In this document: positions 33,962-43,247 of the stretch, piece after piece
How positions within the stretch are numbered: the first letter of the stretch is position 1
Layout: every line of letters begins with the position of its first letter
DNA from: a virus
Taxonomy: Duplodnaviria > Caudoviricetes
Strand: one strand, 5' to 3'
DNA: 43,247 nucleotides
Virus record (IMG/VR): IMGVR_UViG_3300038393_002169
Span: 1 to 43,247 of that record
The notes under the pieces: generated by a model
Told to the model about the DNA's origin: nothing
Database searches by the model: none
The model's input: the letters and a program-made list of their open reading frames with translations, nothing else
Position numbers and translations under genes: made by a program

Positions 33962-34204
33962 TCAGTGCATCCCCCGTCGTATATGGCGGTCGAAGCTGGC
34001 CAGGAACTTACGCATGACCGCGGTCAGCGCCTGCTCGTCGGGGAACTTTGCTCGCAGCAGGGCCAGCATGTCGGCGCGCGACATGTGGTTGAGGCCCATC
34101 GTTGCCTGGCCGACGTGGGTCAGCTCGAACAGGTCGGCCGCGTCGTCGTAGGTTAAGGTGCCCTCGGTCCTGAGCTTGCGTTCCAGTTCGTCGATCCGGT
34201 CCAT
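33962..34204 (-). CDS. hypothetical protein
   Basis: Fills minus-strand run. Confidence 0.6.
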   Translation of the reverse strand: MDRIDELERKLRTEGTLTYDDAADLFELTHVGQATMGLNHMSRADMLALLRAKFPDEQALTAVMRKFLASFDRHIRRGMH

Positions 34205-34207
34205 GGG

Positions 34208-34492
34208 TCACCAGTCGTTGTAGTCGGTCAGGTCGACGGTGGCCTCAAGGTCGGTGCCTTTGCAAAAAACGACCTTCGTCACCATGCCCAAACTGGTGGG
34301 CGTGAACTGGTAGGTAAGGCCACCACCGATCGCCGCCCCCAGATAAGGCTGCTTTTTCCCGCCAACCGTGGTGATGAACTGTGCGACTTCGCTGTCCTGT
34401 TCTTGTTTGGCGACCAACGGGGCGTACTGCGCATCAAGCCATTCGTCCAGGTTCGCCTGCTGCTTGTCATCGAGCTTGAACATGAACGTCAA
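34208..34492 (-). CDS. conserved phage hypothetical protein
   Basis: GAAIGGGLTYQFTPTSLG...DLTDYNDW. Confidence 0.8.
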   Translation of the reverse strand: MTFMFKLDDKQQANLDEWLDAQYAPLVAKQEQDSEVAQFITTVGGKKQPYLGAAIGGGLTYQFTPTSLGMVTKVVFCKGTDLEATVDLTDYNDW

Positions 34493-34680
34493 GCTCCGGC
34501 CAGTCGTGCGCGTGCGCTGCGCACAACTTCCTGCGCTGCGGCCAACACCGCTGGATCGTCGTCCTCGGCGAACTCCGCGAGATAAGCCTGGATCATTTCC
34601 TCCGAATCCAGGTAGTCGGCCGCGTCGAAGACCGGCAGCGCGGCGATGGCGTCGGGGTCAATTTCGGAATCGGTGGCCAT
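34489..34680 (-). CDS. truncated addiction-module antidote-like protein (N-terminal part only)
   Basis: FDAADYLDSEEMIQAYLAE..E.DDPA.L..A...V..AR; ends where the HTH would start. Confidence 0.7.
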   Translation of the reverse strand: MATDSEIDPDAIAALPVFDAADYLDSEEMIQAYLAEFAEDDDPAVLAAAQEVVRSARARLAGA

Positions 34681-34713
34681 GCTCTCGCTCCAAAAATTAG
34701 ATGGAAAGCAACA

Positions 34714-34741
34714 ATTATACTTACAGGGGCTTCAAATGCAA
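34714..34741 (-). promoter_or_regulatory. sigma70 promoter for the 33.5-34.7 kb island
   Basis: Minus strand TTGCAT-16 nt-TATAAT. Confidence 0.7.
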
Positions 34742-34817
34742 GCACGACTCCGACCGAAACGCAACTGCGGCTGCTCGCTGGAAGAGGCGTTTTTCCTGAT
34801 CCTGCTGTGGAACGTCT

Positions 34818-34961
34818 ATGTTCGCGCGCGCGCTTGACCGCCTGCTCGACCTGGTCTGGGACGTGACCGAGCCGGTGTCCGGGCGCTGCCCGGTGTGCGC
34901 GTTCTGGCGCGGCGTGCTGGCCGGCGCGCTGGGCAGCAGTCTGCTCGTCATGATGCGCTGA
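34818..34961 (+). CDS. small protein with CxxC and hydrophobic tail
   Basis: Hand translation MFARALD...CPVCAFWRGVLAGALG; TGATG coupling. Confidence 0.5.
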   Translation: MFARALDRLLDLVWDVTEPVSGRCPVCAFWRGVLAGALGSSLLVMMR

Positions 34962-36175
34962 TGGCAACCAAGAACCTGACGCTCGAACGCTTTGCCGGGA
35001 TTTCCAACCGGCTGCCGCCGGAGCGCATCAACAGCTATCCGGGCCGCGACAACGCCGACATCGACCTGGTGGGCGCACGCAACGTCGACATCGACAATGC
35101 GCGCCGCCTGTCGCGCCGCACCGGCCAGACCATGAAGGTGGCCGGCACCGGCATCCATTCGCTGTGGTCGAACGGTGCGCTGTGCCTGTATGTCAAGGAC
35201 GGCATCATGTACCGGCTCAACAGCGACTTCAGCAGCGACGCGTTGGCGGCCGGGGTGGCGGCCGCGCCGATGTGCTACGTCGAGTTGAACGGCCGCGTCT
35301 ACCACAGCAACGGCGACACCAGCGCAGTCTACGATGACGGGCGGGTGCGCAGCTGGGGCATCGGGATCGGCCAGATCAGCGTGGCGGCCGCCGCCACCGG
35401 CGGCAGCATGCCGGCCGGGGTCTACCAGTTCGCGATGACGCTGCTGCGCGAGGACGGGCAGGAAAGCGGCACCGGGCTGGCCAGCCAAATCGACCTGGGC
35501 GACGCCGGCGGCCTCGCGTTCAGCTGGGAAGTGCCGCCCGATCCGGGCATTACCCACGCCGCGCTGTACCTGACCCAGCCGGACGGCGAAACCCTGCTGC
35601 AGGCGGCGGTGGTCGATGTCGAGCTGGGCCACTACGTCTATACCGGCGGCGCGCGTGCGCTGCCGCTGGCCACCCAATGGCTCGATGCCCCGCCCGTCGG
35701 GCAGGCGCTGGCCTTTCACCGCGGCCGCCTGTACATCGCCGCCGGCGACGTGCTGTATGCCACCGCCGCCCTTGCGTACGAACACTGCGACCTGCGCGAC
35801 TACTGCGCGTTCGACGGCACGCCGATCCAGCTGCTCGCCCCGGTGACCGGCGGGCTGTTCGTCGGCACCAGCGCGGCCGTGTACTTCCTCGGCGGCGACA
35901 CACTGGCCGCGCGCAGCGTGGTGCGCAAGCTCGATACCGGCACGGTGCGCGGCTCGGTCGCCTACGGCGATGGCGAGGCGGTGACCGGGCGCCGCGAACT
36001 GTCGGGGCAAGAGGTGGCGCTGTTCACGACCGCCGACGGCGTCGTGATGGGCCTGCCCGACGGCAGCCTGGTCCAGCTCACCCGCGAGCGCTACAACATG
36101 CGCCAGACCGGCGTGGGCGCCGCCCTGTTCGAGGCCGGTCCGTACAGCCGCTACCTGCTGTCGATGCAGGTTTGA
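34961..36175 (+). CDS. putative tail/nozzle protein (beta-propeller-like)
   Basis: FAGISN, ARNVDID, HSLWS, GRLYIA, GLFVGT patterns; follows adaptor. Confidence 0.65.
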   Translation: MATKNLTLERFAGISNRLPPERINSYPGRDNADIDLVGARNVDIDNARRLSRRTGQTMKVAGTGIHSLWSNGALCLYVKDGIMYRLNSDFSSDALAAGVAAAPMCYVELNGRVYHSNGDTSAVYDDGRVRSWGIGIGQISVAAAATGGSMPAGVYQFAMTLLREDGQESGTGLASQIDLGDAGGLAFSWEVPPDPGITHAALYLTQPDGETLLQAAVVDVELGHYVYTGGARALPLATQWLDAPPVGQALAFHRGRLYIAAGDVLYATAALAYEHCDLRDYCAFDGTPIQLLAPVTGGLFVGTSAAVYFLGGDTLAARSVVRKLDTGTVRGSVAYGDGEAVTGRRELSGQEVALFTTADGVVMGLPDGSLVQLTRERYNMRQTGVGAALFEAGPYSRYLLSMQV

Positions 36176-36193
36176 CCAGATTTGTTCATCACT

Positions 36194-36219
36194 GCCCGCG
36201 TTCGCGCGGGTTTTTTTTT
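36194..36219 (+). terminator. intrinsic terminator
   Basis: GCCCGCG-TTCG-CGCGGG then 9 T. Confidence 0.85.
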
Positions 36220-36282
36220 GCCTGCGCCGTTGGCGTCGGCTGGTTCATTTCCCCGTGAACGGGGCTTATTTGGAGAAAAACC

Positions 36283-37053
36283 ATGACTTTGAGGCTCAGT
36301 ACGGGATTGCGCGACTTCGTCAACCAGCAAGGCGCCATCAAGAAGGTGCTGCAGAACGGGCAAATCCTGATCTATAGCGGCTCGCAGCCGGCCACCGCCG
36401 ACGCCGCGCCGACCGGCACGCTGCTGGCGACCATCACCGCCAACTCGGCCGCACGCACCGCCGAGGTGCTGGCGACCGGCAGCGTCACGCTGGCCGGCAG
36501 CGGTGGCTCGGTGACCAACCTGACGGTCAACGGCGTGTCGATCATCGACAACCCGGTCCCGTTCAACACCAGCCTGACCCAGACCGCAGCCGACCTGGCC
36601 GCCGAAATCAACAACTCGCTGTCGGCGCCGGACTATACCGCCAGCGCGTCGGGCGCGGTGGTGACCATTACCGCCGTGCGCGCCACCGGCGCCTCGGTCA
36701 ATGGCTATGTGGTGGCCACCACCAAGACCGGCATGACCTCGACCGATGTCAATATGTCGGGCGGCGTCACGGCGGTCAACGGTCTGAGGTGGGGCACCTC
36801 CAGTGCCGGCGTGCTGGTCAAGCATCCGGCCCAGACCTGGTCGGGCACGGCGACCACCAGCGGCACGGCAGGCTGGTTCCGTTTCGTCGGTTCGGTCGCC
36901 GACAGCGGCATCAGCGATTCGGTCGGCAGCGAGATCCGCCTGGACGGGTCGATTTCGACCTCGGGTGCGCAGCTGAACATGTCGTCGACGACGATCACGG
37001 CGGGCGCCACCCAGACCATCAGCTCGTTCCCGATCACGCTGCCGACGTCGTAA
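36283..37053 (+). CDS. virion structural protein
   Basis: LRLSTGLR...IYSGSQPATADAA.TGTLL...GTAGWFRF...RLDGSI pattern; GGAG RBS. Confidence 0.75.
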   Translation: MTLRLSTGLRDFVNQQGAIKKVLQNGQILIYSGSQPATADAAPTGTLLATITANSAARTAEVLATGSVTLAGSGGSVTNLTVNGVSIIDNPVPFNTSLTQTAADLAAEINNSLSAPDYTASASGAVVTITAVRATGASVNGYVVATTKTGMTSTDVNMSGGVTAVNGLRWGTSSAGVLVKHPAQTWSGTATTSGTAGWFRFVGSVADSGISDSVGSEIRLDGSISTSGAQLNMSSTTITAGATQTISSFPITLPTS

Positions 37054-37059
37054 TCCCAG

Positions 37060-38499
37060 ATGGCGCTCGACGGCAGCGTTACCCTCTCCCCGCTGAGCGT
37101 CAGCGCGGCGGAGTTGACCGGCGAGGTGTCGGTGTCCACCGTCGTGGTCCCGCTGCGCTTCACGGTTAATGCGGTTGGCGATAGCTGGGACACGTTCAGC
37201 GACGGCGACGAGTTTAACCTGTACCTCGGTTATGTCGCAGTGGACGGGACACTGTCCCCCGGCGCGCTATGCCAGGGCGATTCGTTCTTCCCGGAGCTGG
37301 CCAGCGCCGGCTCGCTGGAGCCGCCGCTGGCGTGGTCGGGGGAGTGGGGGCTGGACGGCGCCGGGTATGCCGGCGGCGTGGGCAACGGCCATGTGGTGGT
37401 CGGCACCACGCTGGCCGTTCGCGGCGGCATCGACGACCCGAAGCTGTTCCCCGAGTTCGCGGTCGACGCGGTTGGCCAGTCCGCAGCGCTAATCACCGGC
37501 GCGGCCACGTTCCCGGCCTGGACCGGGGCGGGGTCGCTGGCACCGGCGCTGGTGCTACCCGAGCTGGCAGCGGCCGGCACGCTGCTGGGCGGCACGCTGG
37601 CCGATGCCAGCATTGCCGTGCCCGCGCTGGTGGTGGCGGCGACGGTCGGGACCTATGGCGATGCCCAGCTGCCGCCGCTGTCGGTGGCCGCACACGGCGT
37701 GGCGGGCAGCGCGGCCACCGGCGCCGCCTTGCTGCCGCGCTGGGAGGTGGCCGCGACCCATGCCCAGGACACGTTCGCGCACGCGAGCGTGACGCTGCGC
37801 GTGCTGGCGGCCGACGCCCGCGGCGAACCGGGAAGCCGGATCGCCGCCATGGTGTCGTTCGTCCGCCCCCACCTCGACGCGGCCGCCGTGGCCGGCCGGG
37901 TCGGCACCGCCACCGCGACCGTGCCGCTGTTGCGGGTGGCCGCGCACGGCCACGCGAACCCGATCGGCACCGCCTGGGTCGAGCTGCCGATGCTGCTGCT
38001 CGATGGCCGCGCCAGCGGGCCCACGGTGCTGCCGAGCCTGACCATCGCGGTCAACACGCAGCTGGCGGCGGTCACCGAATACCAGGCGCTGGCCGCCAAC
38101 AGCTTTGCCCGGTTCGGGGATGTGACACTGGCCGCAACCACGGGCGGGATCGTCGCGTTGGCCGGCGACACCGACCTTGGCGCGCCGATCAGCGCGGAAG
38201 TGGTGGCCGGCGTCAGCGACTACGGCAGCGACAGTGTGAAACGCATCATCGCCGGCTATGTCGGCTACCGGGCCAACGGCGACATCAACCTGACCCTGAT
38301 TAGCGACGACTACGACGAGCATGTGTACCAGCTGGTGCCGCGGCAGTCGGGGAATGCGCTGCACGCCTCGCGCGTGAAGTTCGGGCGCGGCGCGGAAGGC
38401 CGCTACTGGCAGTGGAAGCTGGCCAACCAGGCAGGCGCGGACTTCGCCGTCGACACGATCGGCCTCGACATCGAGCCGTTGAGCAAGAAAATCCGTTAA
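37060..38499 (+). CDS. putative tail protein
   Basis: C-terminal AVTEY...DYG...KR...GRYWQWKL.N..G.DF domain. Confidence 0.65.
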   Translation: MALDGSVTLSPLSVSAAELTGEVSVSTVVVPLRFTVNAVGDSWDTFSDGDEFNLYLGYVAVDGTLSPGALCQGDSFFPELASAGSLEPPLAWSGEWGLDGAGYAGGVGNGHVVVGTTLAVRGGIDDPKLFPEFAVDAVGQSAALITGAATFPAWTGAGSLAPALVLPELAAAGTLLGGTLADASIAVPALVVAATVGTYGDAQLPPLSVAAHGVAGSAATGAALLPRWEVAATHAQDTFAHASVTLRVLAADARGEPGSRIAAMVSFVRPHLDAAAVAGRVGTATATVPLLRVAAHGHANPIGTAWVELPMLLLDGRASGPTVLPSLTIAVNTQLAAVTEYQALAANSFARFGDVTLAATTGGIVALAGDTDLGAPISAEVVAGVSDYGSDSVKRIIAGYVGYRANGDINLTLISDDYDEHVYQLVPRQSGNALHASRVKFGRGAEGRYWQWKLANQAGADFAVDTIGLDIEPLSKKIR

Positions 38500-38511
38500 G
38501 GAGGCTGTGGC

Positions 38512-40839
38512 ATGAGCGAATGCGCGACCATTACCATCCTGACCCCGATGGACGATCTGCCCCCGGTCAGCGTCGCGCCGCTGCCGCCGCTGGCGCCGCC
38601 GCCGATGCTCGAACCGCTCGGGCCATTCGATGGCGATCCGGACATGCCGCCGCTGGAGCCGCTGGAGCCGCTGGAGCCGCCCGAACTGTTCCACCTGACG
38701 CCGCTGTCGCCGCTGCCGTACGCCAGTTCGGCCGCGTCGGGCGTGGTGGGCAACGTGCTGGCCCAGACCGGCGAGCTGGCCGCCAGTTCGCAGGCGCAGG
38801 CCATCGCGAACATCGAGGCGCTGGCGGCCTACGAGCCAAGCTTTACGCCGCTGACCGCGCCGCCGGTGCCTGCCACGGCCCCGATCGAGTTGCCCGACAT
38901 CGGCGAAGTGCCCCAGCCGGGCGACCTGACGCCGAACTTCAGCGCCGCGCCGACGCCGCCGGTACTGGGCAGCCCCGCAGCGCTGGAACTGGCCGATCCG
39001 CCGGTGTTCGATGTCACCGACGTGCCGATCATGGAGATTCCGCTGCCGGACCCGTTCGACGCCCTGTTGCCGGCCGAGCCGCAATTCCAGCCGGCGCCGG
39101 TGGCCGTGGAACCGGACGTGGAGCTGCCGCCGGTGCCAGCCCTGTTCGAGCTGGAATTGCCCGATGCGCCCCAGATCACGCTGCCGCTGTTCGACGCCGA
39201 ACTCGGCGACGCCCCGACCCTGCCCGATGCGACGTTCAGCTATGCGGAAGTCGAGTACGACAGCGCGCTACTGAGCGCGATGCAGGCCCGCCTGGCGCCG
39301 CTGGTGGCCGACATGGCCGCGACCGGGCTGGCCGATGCGGTCGAGCAGGCAATCTGGGACCGCGCCGCCGACCGCGAGGCCTTGCTGACGCACCGCGCGA
39401 CCGGCGAGGCGCTGCGCCTGATGAAAGCGCGCGGCTTCAGGATGCCGGAGGCGGCGCTGGTGCGCATTGTCCAGCAGGCGCTGCAGGGCGGTCTGAAGCG
39501 CACCGCAGGTCTGCGGCGCGACATCGCGATCGAGCAGGCGCGCCTGCGGCAGGCGAACTACCGCTTTGCGCTGGAGACGGCGGTCGTGCTGGAAAGCCGG
39601 ATGATGGACCGCGCCAATGCCGCCCAGGCGCGCGCGCTGGCGGCGGCCAAGGCCAGCGTGCAGACCGAAATTGCGATCTTCAACGCCCGCCTGCGGCTGT
39701 TTTCGGCCGACGTGCAGGCGTTTGCGATGAAGGCCACCGGCTTTCGCGCCCGGCTGGAGGCGGCGCTGGCGGCGATTGCCGTGTACCGGGCTCAACTGGA
39801 GGGACAGCGTGCGGTCGGGGAGATCAATGCGCAAAAGGTGGCGATCTACAAAGCCCAGATCGAGGCGGTCCATTTCATCGTCGACACCTACCGCACCCGC
39901 GTGGAGGCGGCCAAGGCCCAGATCGAGGCGAACCAGGCGTTTGTCGACACGTATCGCGCACGGATCAGCGCGTTTCAGGCGCAAATCGAAGCCAAGAGCG
40001 AGGAGTATGTGACGTATGCGGCCCGCGTCAAGGGGCAGATCGCCAAGGCTGACTTGTTCGAGCAGCAAGTAAAGAGTTACCGGGGGCGCGTGGATGCGTT
40101 TGCCGCGCTGGTCACGGCCAACGTCAGCGCCCAGACGCTGCGCTTCAAGCAGGCCAGCGAGTTCCCGCTGGAGCTGTACAAGGCCCAGATTGACGCCTAC
40201 AAGACCGGCACCGCGGCGACCGTCGAGCAGTTGCGCGCGGTGGCATCGGTGTTCAATGCGCGCGTCAAGGCGTTCGGCGCGCAGGAAGCGACCAAGGCCG
40301 CGCACCTGGACGCGCAGTCCAAGATTGCCGCCGCCAATGCGCAGGCGACGCTGGCGCAGGCCGAAGTGCTGCTTGACACCGGGCGCGCGAACTTGCAGGT
40401 GGTGCAGGGGGCGGTCGAGACGGCGCAGAGCAATCTGCGCAGCGCCGGCCAACTGGCCGGCCAGCTGGCGGCGGCCGCGATCGCCGCCCAGAGCGTGCAT
40501 GCGTCCATTTCCGAAAGCGGTTCGCAGTCGGTGTCGAACTCGGCATCGAGTTCCAGTTCCGACAGCACGTCAACCTCGACCAGCATGTCGACCGCCTCCT
40601 CGGCCTCGACCAATGTGGCGCACAGCGCGACCAAGGGCACCTCGATCAGCAATTCGAAGACCGACACCGAAGGGCGCAGCTATAACCGCGGGATCAGCAG
40701 CGGCTTCTCGACCCGGTTCTCGACCAACAATTCGAGCGGCGTGTCGGCCCACAACTCGTACCTTGGCAGCGTGTCGCGCAGCAGCAGCAGCAACCTGACC
40801 CGCAGCTGCACCGATTCCACCATCGTGGCTGATTCGTAA
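38512..40839 (+). CDS. Pro-rich/coiled-coil/Ser-rich virion protein A
   Basis: AAGGAGG RBS; VEQAIWDRA, ARGF motifs; paralogue of next gene. Confidence 0.7.
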   Translation: MSECATITILTPMDDLPPVSVAPLPPLAPPPMLEPLGPFDGDPDMPPLEPLEPLEPPELFHLTPLSPLPYASSAASGVVGNVLAQTGELAASSQAQAIANIEALAAYEPSFTPLTAPPVPATAPIELPDIGEVPQPGDLTPNFSAAPTPPVLGSPAALELADPPVFDVTDVPIMEIPLPDPFDALLPAEPQFQPAPVAVEPDVELPPVPALFELELPDAPQITLPLFDAELGDAPTLPDATFSYAEVEYDSALLSAMQARLAPLVADMAATGLADAVEQAIWDRAADREALLTHRATGEALRLMKARGFRMPEAALVRIVQQALQGGLKRTAGLRRDIAIEQARLRQANYRFALETAVVLESRMMDRANAAQARALAAAKASVQTEIAIFNARLRLFSADVQAFAMKATGFRARLEAALAAIAVYRAQLEGQRAVGEINAQKVAIYKAQIEAVHFIVDTYRTRVEAAKAQIEANQAFVDTYRARISAFQAQIEAKSEEYVTYAARVKGQIAKADLFEQQVKSYRGRVDAFAALVTANVSAQTLRFKQASEFPLELYKAQIDAYKTGTAATVEQLRAVASVFNARVKAFGAQEATKAAHLDAQSKIAAANAQATLAQAEVLLDTGRANLQVVQGAVETAQSNLRSAGQLAGQLAAAAIAAQSVHASISESGSQSVSNSASSSSSDSTSTSTSMSTASSASTNVAHSATKGTSISNSKTDTEGRSYNRGISSGFSTRFSTNNSSGVSAHNSYLGSVSRSSSSNLTRSCTDSTIVADS

Positions 40840-40851
40840 AGGAAGCGCGCC

Positions 40852-43026
40852 GTGGCAGACTTCAGCATGAATTTCGGGCTCACGGGCAGCCCGCCTGCGC
40901 CAGGGGTGCCGAGCCAGATCGACGATGCCACCGCGCTGGTCGGCGAGGTGCTGACCGAGTCGCGCGGGCTGGCCGCACAGTCGGCCACGCGCGGGCTGGC
41001 CGCCATCGCCGCGCTGGGCAACTTCGACGTCGCCATTCCGGCGCTGGAGCTGCCGACCTTCGACATCCCGGTACTCGATGCGCCAGCGCCCGGCACGCCG
41101 CCGGCCGATCCTGGCGATCTCGGCGTGGTGCTGCCGCCGCTGCCGCCGGCGCCAGCCCAGGGCCCGCTCGGCGTGATCAGCGTCGGCGAGGCGCCCGAGG
41201 CCACGCTGGTGCCGCCGCTGCTGGCCGACATCCCGCTGCCCGACCCGCTGTCGGTGGTGGTCCCGGCCGCGCCGGTGCTGGCCGAGGTCGGCGCGCCAGC
41301 AGAGCCCGATTACGCGCTGCCCGAGGTGCCGCAGTTCGTGGCGCTGAACCTGCCGGATGCGCCGGTGTTCGAGATCGAGCCGTTCGACGAGCCCGATCCG
41401 CAGGCGCCCACCGCCCCCGACGTGCAGTTCGTGTGGAACGAAGTGGCCTACCGCAGCGACGAACTGGCGGCGCTAAATGCGCGCCTGCTCGACCTGGTGG
41501 GCGGCGCGGCCACCGGCCTGGCGCCGGAGGTCGAGAACGCGATCTGGCACAAGGGCTGCGACAGCGAGGCGATGCTGACCTACGCGGCGGTCGACAGTGC
41601 GCTCAACGACAGTGCCGCGCGTGGCTTCTCGATTCCTGGCGGGCAGCTGGTGCGTGTGGTACAGCAGGCGATCGACGATGCGCTGGCCAAGGACGCCGAG
41701 CTGTCGCGCGCCACGATGGTCGAGGCGGTCCGGCTGGAGCAGCAGAACTTCCAGTTCGCGTTCGGCCAGGCGCTCGCGCTGGAGACGCGCCTGATCGAAC
41801 TGTTCAACCAGGTGCAGGAGCGCGCGCTCGATGCCGCCCGCTTCCGCTCCGACGCGATGATCGAGCTGTTCAATGCGCGGGTCAGCCTGTACGAGGCCGA
41901 TGTGCGGGCGTTCGGCGTCAAGGTCGACGTGTTCAAGGCGCGCTTGGAAGCGGCGCTGGCGCGGCTCGACCTGTACAAGGCCGAGCTGGAGGGGGTCAAG
42001 CTGCGCGGCGAGCTGAACGTTCAGCTCGCTCATCAGTACAGCGCCCAGGTGGAGGCGGTCAAGGCCGCCACCGACATATTCAAGGCCCGTGTTGAAGCTG
42101 TGAAACTGAGCGTGTCGACCAATAAAAACCGGACTGAGCTGTATAAGGCCGAGATCGAGGCCTATGCCGCCCTCGTCAAGGGCAATGGGGAGCTGGTCAA
42201 GAGCTACCTCGCCAGGGTACAGGCGGAGCAAGCCAAGGCGCAGGTGTTCGGCCAGCAGGTTGCCGCCTATACCGCGCGCGTGGAAGCCTACCGGGTGCTG
42301 ACCGACGCCAAGCTGGCCGACGTGACGTTCCAGGTGCGCCAGTTGCAGGAATTCCCGATGGAGCTGTACCGGGCGCGGATCGGCGCCTACCAGTCGCAGG
42401 TGGGGGCCGAGGCGGCGCGCCTGGCGGCCACCGCCGACGTGTTCCAGCTGCGGGTCGAGGGGTTCGCCGCGGTCGAGCGCGCCAACGCGCAGTACGGCAC
42501 CGCGCAAGCCGACGCCGCTGCGACCACGACCCGGCTGTACGCGTCGAAGGCGCAGATCGCGCTGCAAGACGGGATGAACAAGATCAAGCTGGCCCAGCTG
42601 CGCTCGGAAACGGCGCAATCGGCGCTGCGCGCGGCCGGCCAGCTGACGACCCAGCTGGCGTCGGCCGCGATGAGCGCACGCAACGTGTCGGCGTCGCTGA
42701 CCGGCTCGACCAGCAACTCGGCCGGGGTGTCGGCATCGGTCAACCAGTCGGTATCGAACAGCGTCAGCAACAGTTCGAGCGCCAGTGTTTCGAAGAACTT
42801 CAGCGCGACCACCGGCATCAACAACAGCGCCAGTGTGGCGATCAGCCATTCGCAGTCCAGCTCGAACAACCAGACCTGGTCCGACAGCGTTGACCAGTCG
42901 GTCAGCAATTCGACCTCGCACTCGGCCAGCAACGAAACGTCGCGCGGCGTGCGCAACAGCACCGATACCTCGGCGCGCATCAGCGACAACGCGACCATTT
43001 CGACCTTGTACCAGCACCGCCGCTAA
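40852..43026 (+). CDS. Pro-rich/coiled-coil/Ser-rich virion protein B
   Basis: VENAIW, ARGF, EFP(L/M)ELY and LR.AGQL shared with A. Confidence 0.7.
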   Translation: MADFSMNFGLTGSPPAPGVPSQIDDATALVGEVLTESRGLAAQSATRGLAAIAALGNFDVAIPALELPTFDIPVLDAPAPGTPPADPGDLGVVLPPLPPAPAQGPLGVISVGEAPEATLVPPLLADIPLPDPLSVVVPAAPVLAEVGAPAEPDYALPEVPQFVALNLPDAPVFEIEPFDEPDPQAPTAPDVQFVWNEVAYRSDELAALNARLLDLVGGAATGLAPEVENAIWHKGCDSEAMLTYAAVDSALNDSAARGFSIPGGQLVRVVQQAIDDALAKDAELSRATMVEAVRLEQQNFQFAFGQALALETRLIELFNQVQERALDAARFRSDAMIELFNARVSLYEADVRAFGVKVDVFKARLEAALARLDLYKAELEGVKLRGELNVQLAHQYSAQVEAVKAATDIFKARVEAVKLSVSTNKNRTELYKAEIEAYAALVKGNGELVKSYLARVQAEQAKAQVFGQQVAAYTARVEAYRVLTDAKLADVTFQVRQLQEFPMELYRARIGAYQSQVGAEAARLAATADVFQLRVEGFAAVERANAQYGTAQADAAATTTRLYASKAQIALQDGMNKIKLAQLRSETAQSALRAAGQLTTQLASAAMSARNVSASLTGSTSNSAGVSASVNQSVSNSVSNSSSASVSKNFSATTGINNSASVAISHSQSSSNNQTWSDSVDQSVSNSTSHSASNETSRGVRNSTDTSARISDNATISTLYQHRR

Positions 43027-43107
43027 GCGGCCCGGCGGTTCGCTGCGCGCGATACCCCCAAACATACCCCGCAACCACCGCCCCTATCCGCCTTGGGAGC
43101 CTGACCC

Positions 43108-43247
43108 ATGTCCAAAATCGAAGACCTCGCCAACCTGCCGGGTTCCGAGCCAGTGCGGGTTCCCGCGCCTGGCTCCGCCTTGCCGCCACTGCATGCCGGT
43201 GTCGAGCCGCCATTGCTGACCGACCCGGTGCAGCCTGCCGCAACGCG
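43108..43247 (+). CDS. 5' part of next gene (runs off window)
   Basis: GGGAG RBS, MSKIEDLANLPG open to the end. Confidence 0.5.
   Translation, partial: MSKIEDLANLPGSEPVRVPAPGSALPPLHAGVEPPLLTDPVQPAAT

Overview
GC-rich late/morphogenesis region of a tailed phage or prophage, probably podovirus-like and from a betaproteobacterium (small 'KPPP..EIRR.LGW' proteins suggest Oxalobacteraceae; inference). Plus-strand order: Q-like Zn-finger antiterminator, pR'-like promoter/leader/terminator, TerS, TerL, portal, a block of fibre/decoration-like genes, DNA methyltransferase, scaffold, N4-gp56-like major capsid, SAM-methyltransferase/GT9 glycosyltransferase fusion, adaptor, tail genes and two paralogous Pro-rich/coiled-coil/Ser-rich proteins. 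Four minus-strand islands of small accessory genes interrupt this operon (about 1.55-8.56, 9.2-10.6, 13.36-14.98 and 33.5-34.7 kb). No integrase, clear lysis cassette, tail tube/tape measure, tRNA, rRNA or CRISPR was recognised. Most notable: (1) an in-frame TGT-TGA inside the TerL Walker A motif; (2) a candidate virion glyco-methylation system; (3) stand-alone truncated defence regulators (CapW/BrxR-like wHTH only; antitoxin N-terminus only); (4) a portal fused to an AxGG/'GTGTSDSI' domain; (5) a 40-bp direct repeat bounding a 1.9-kb gene cassette. All family assignments come from motif recognition by eye, not database searches.
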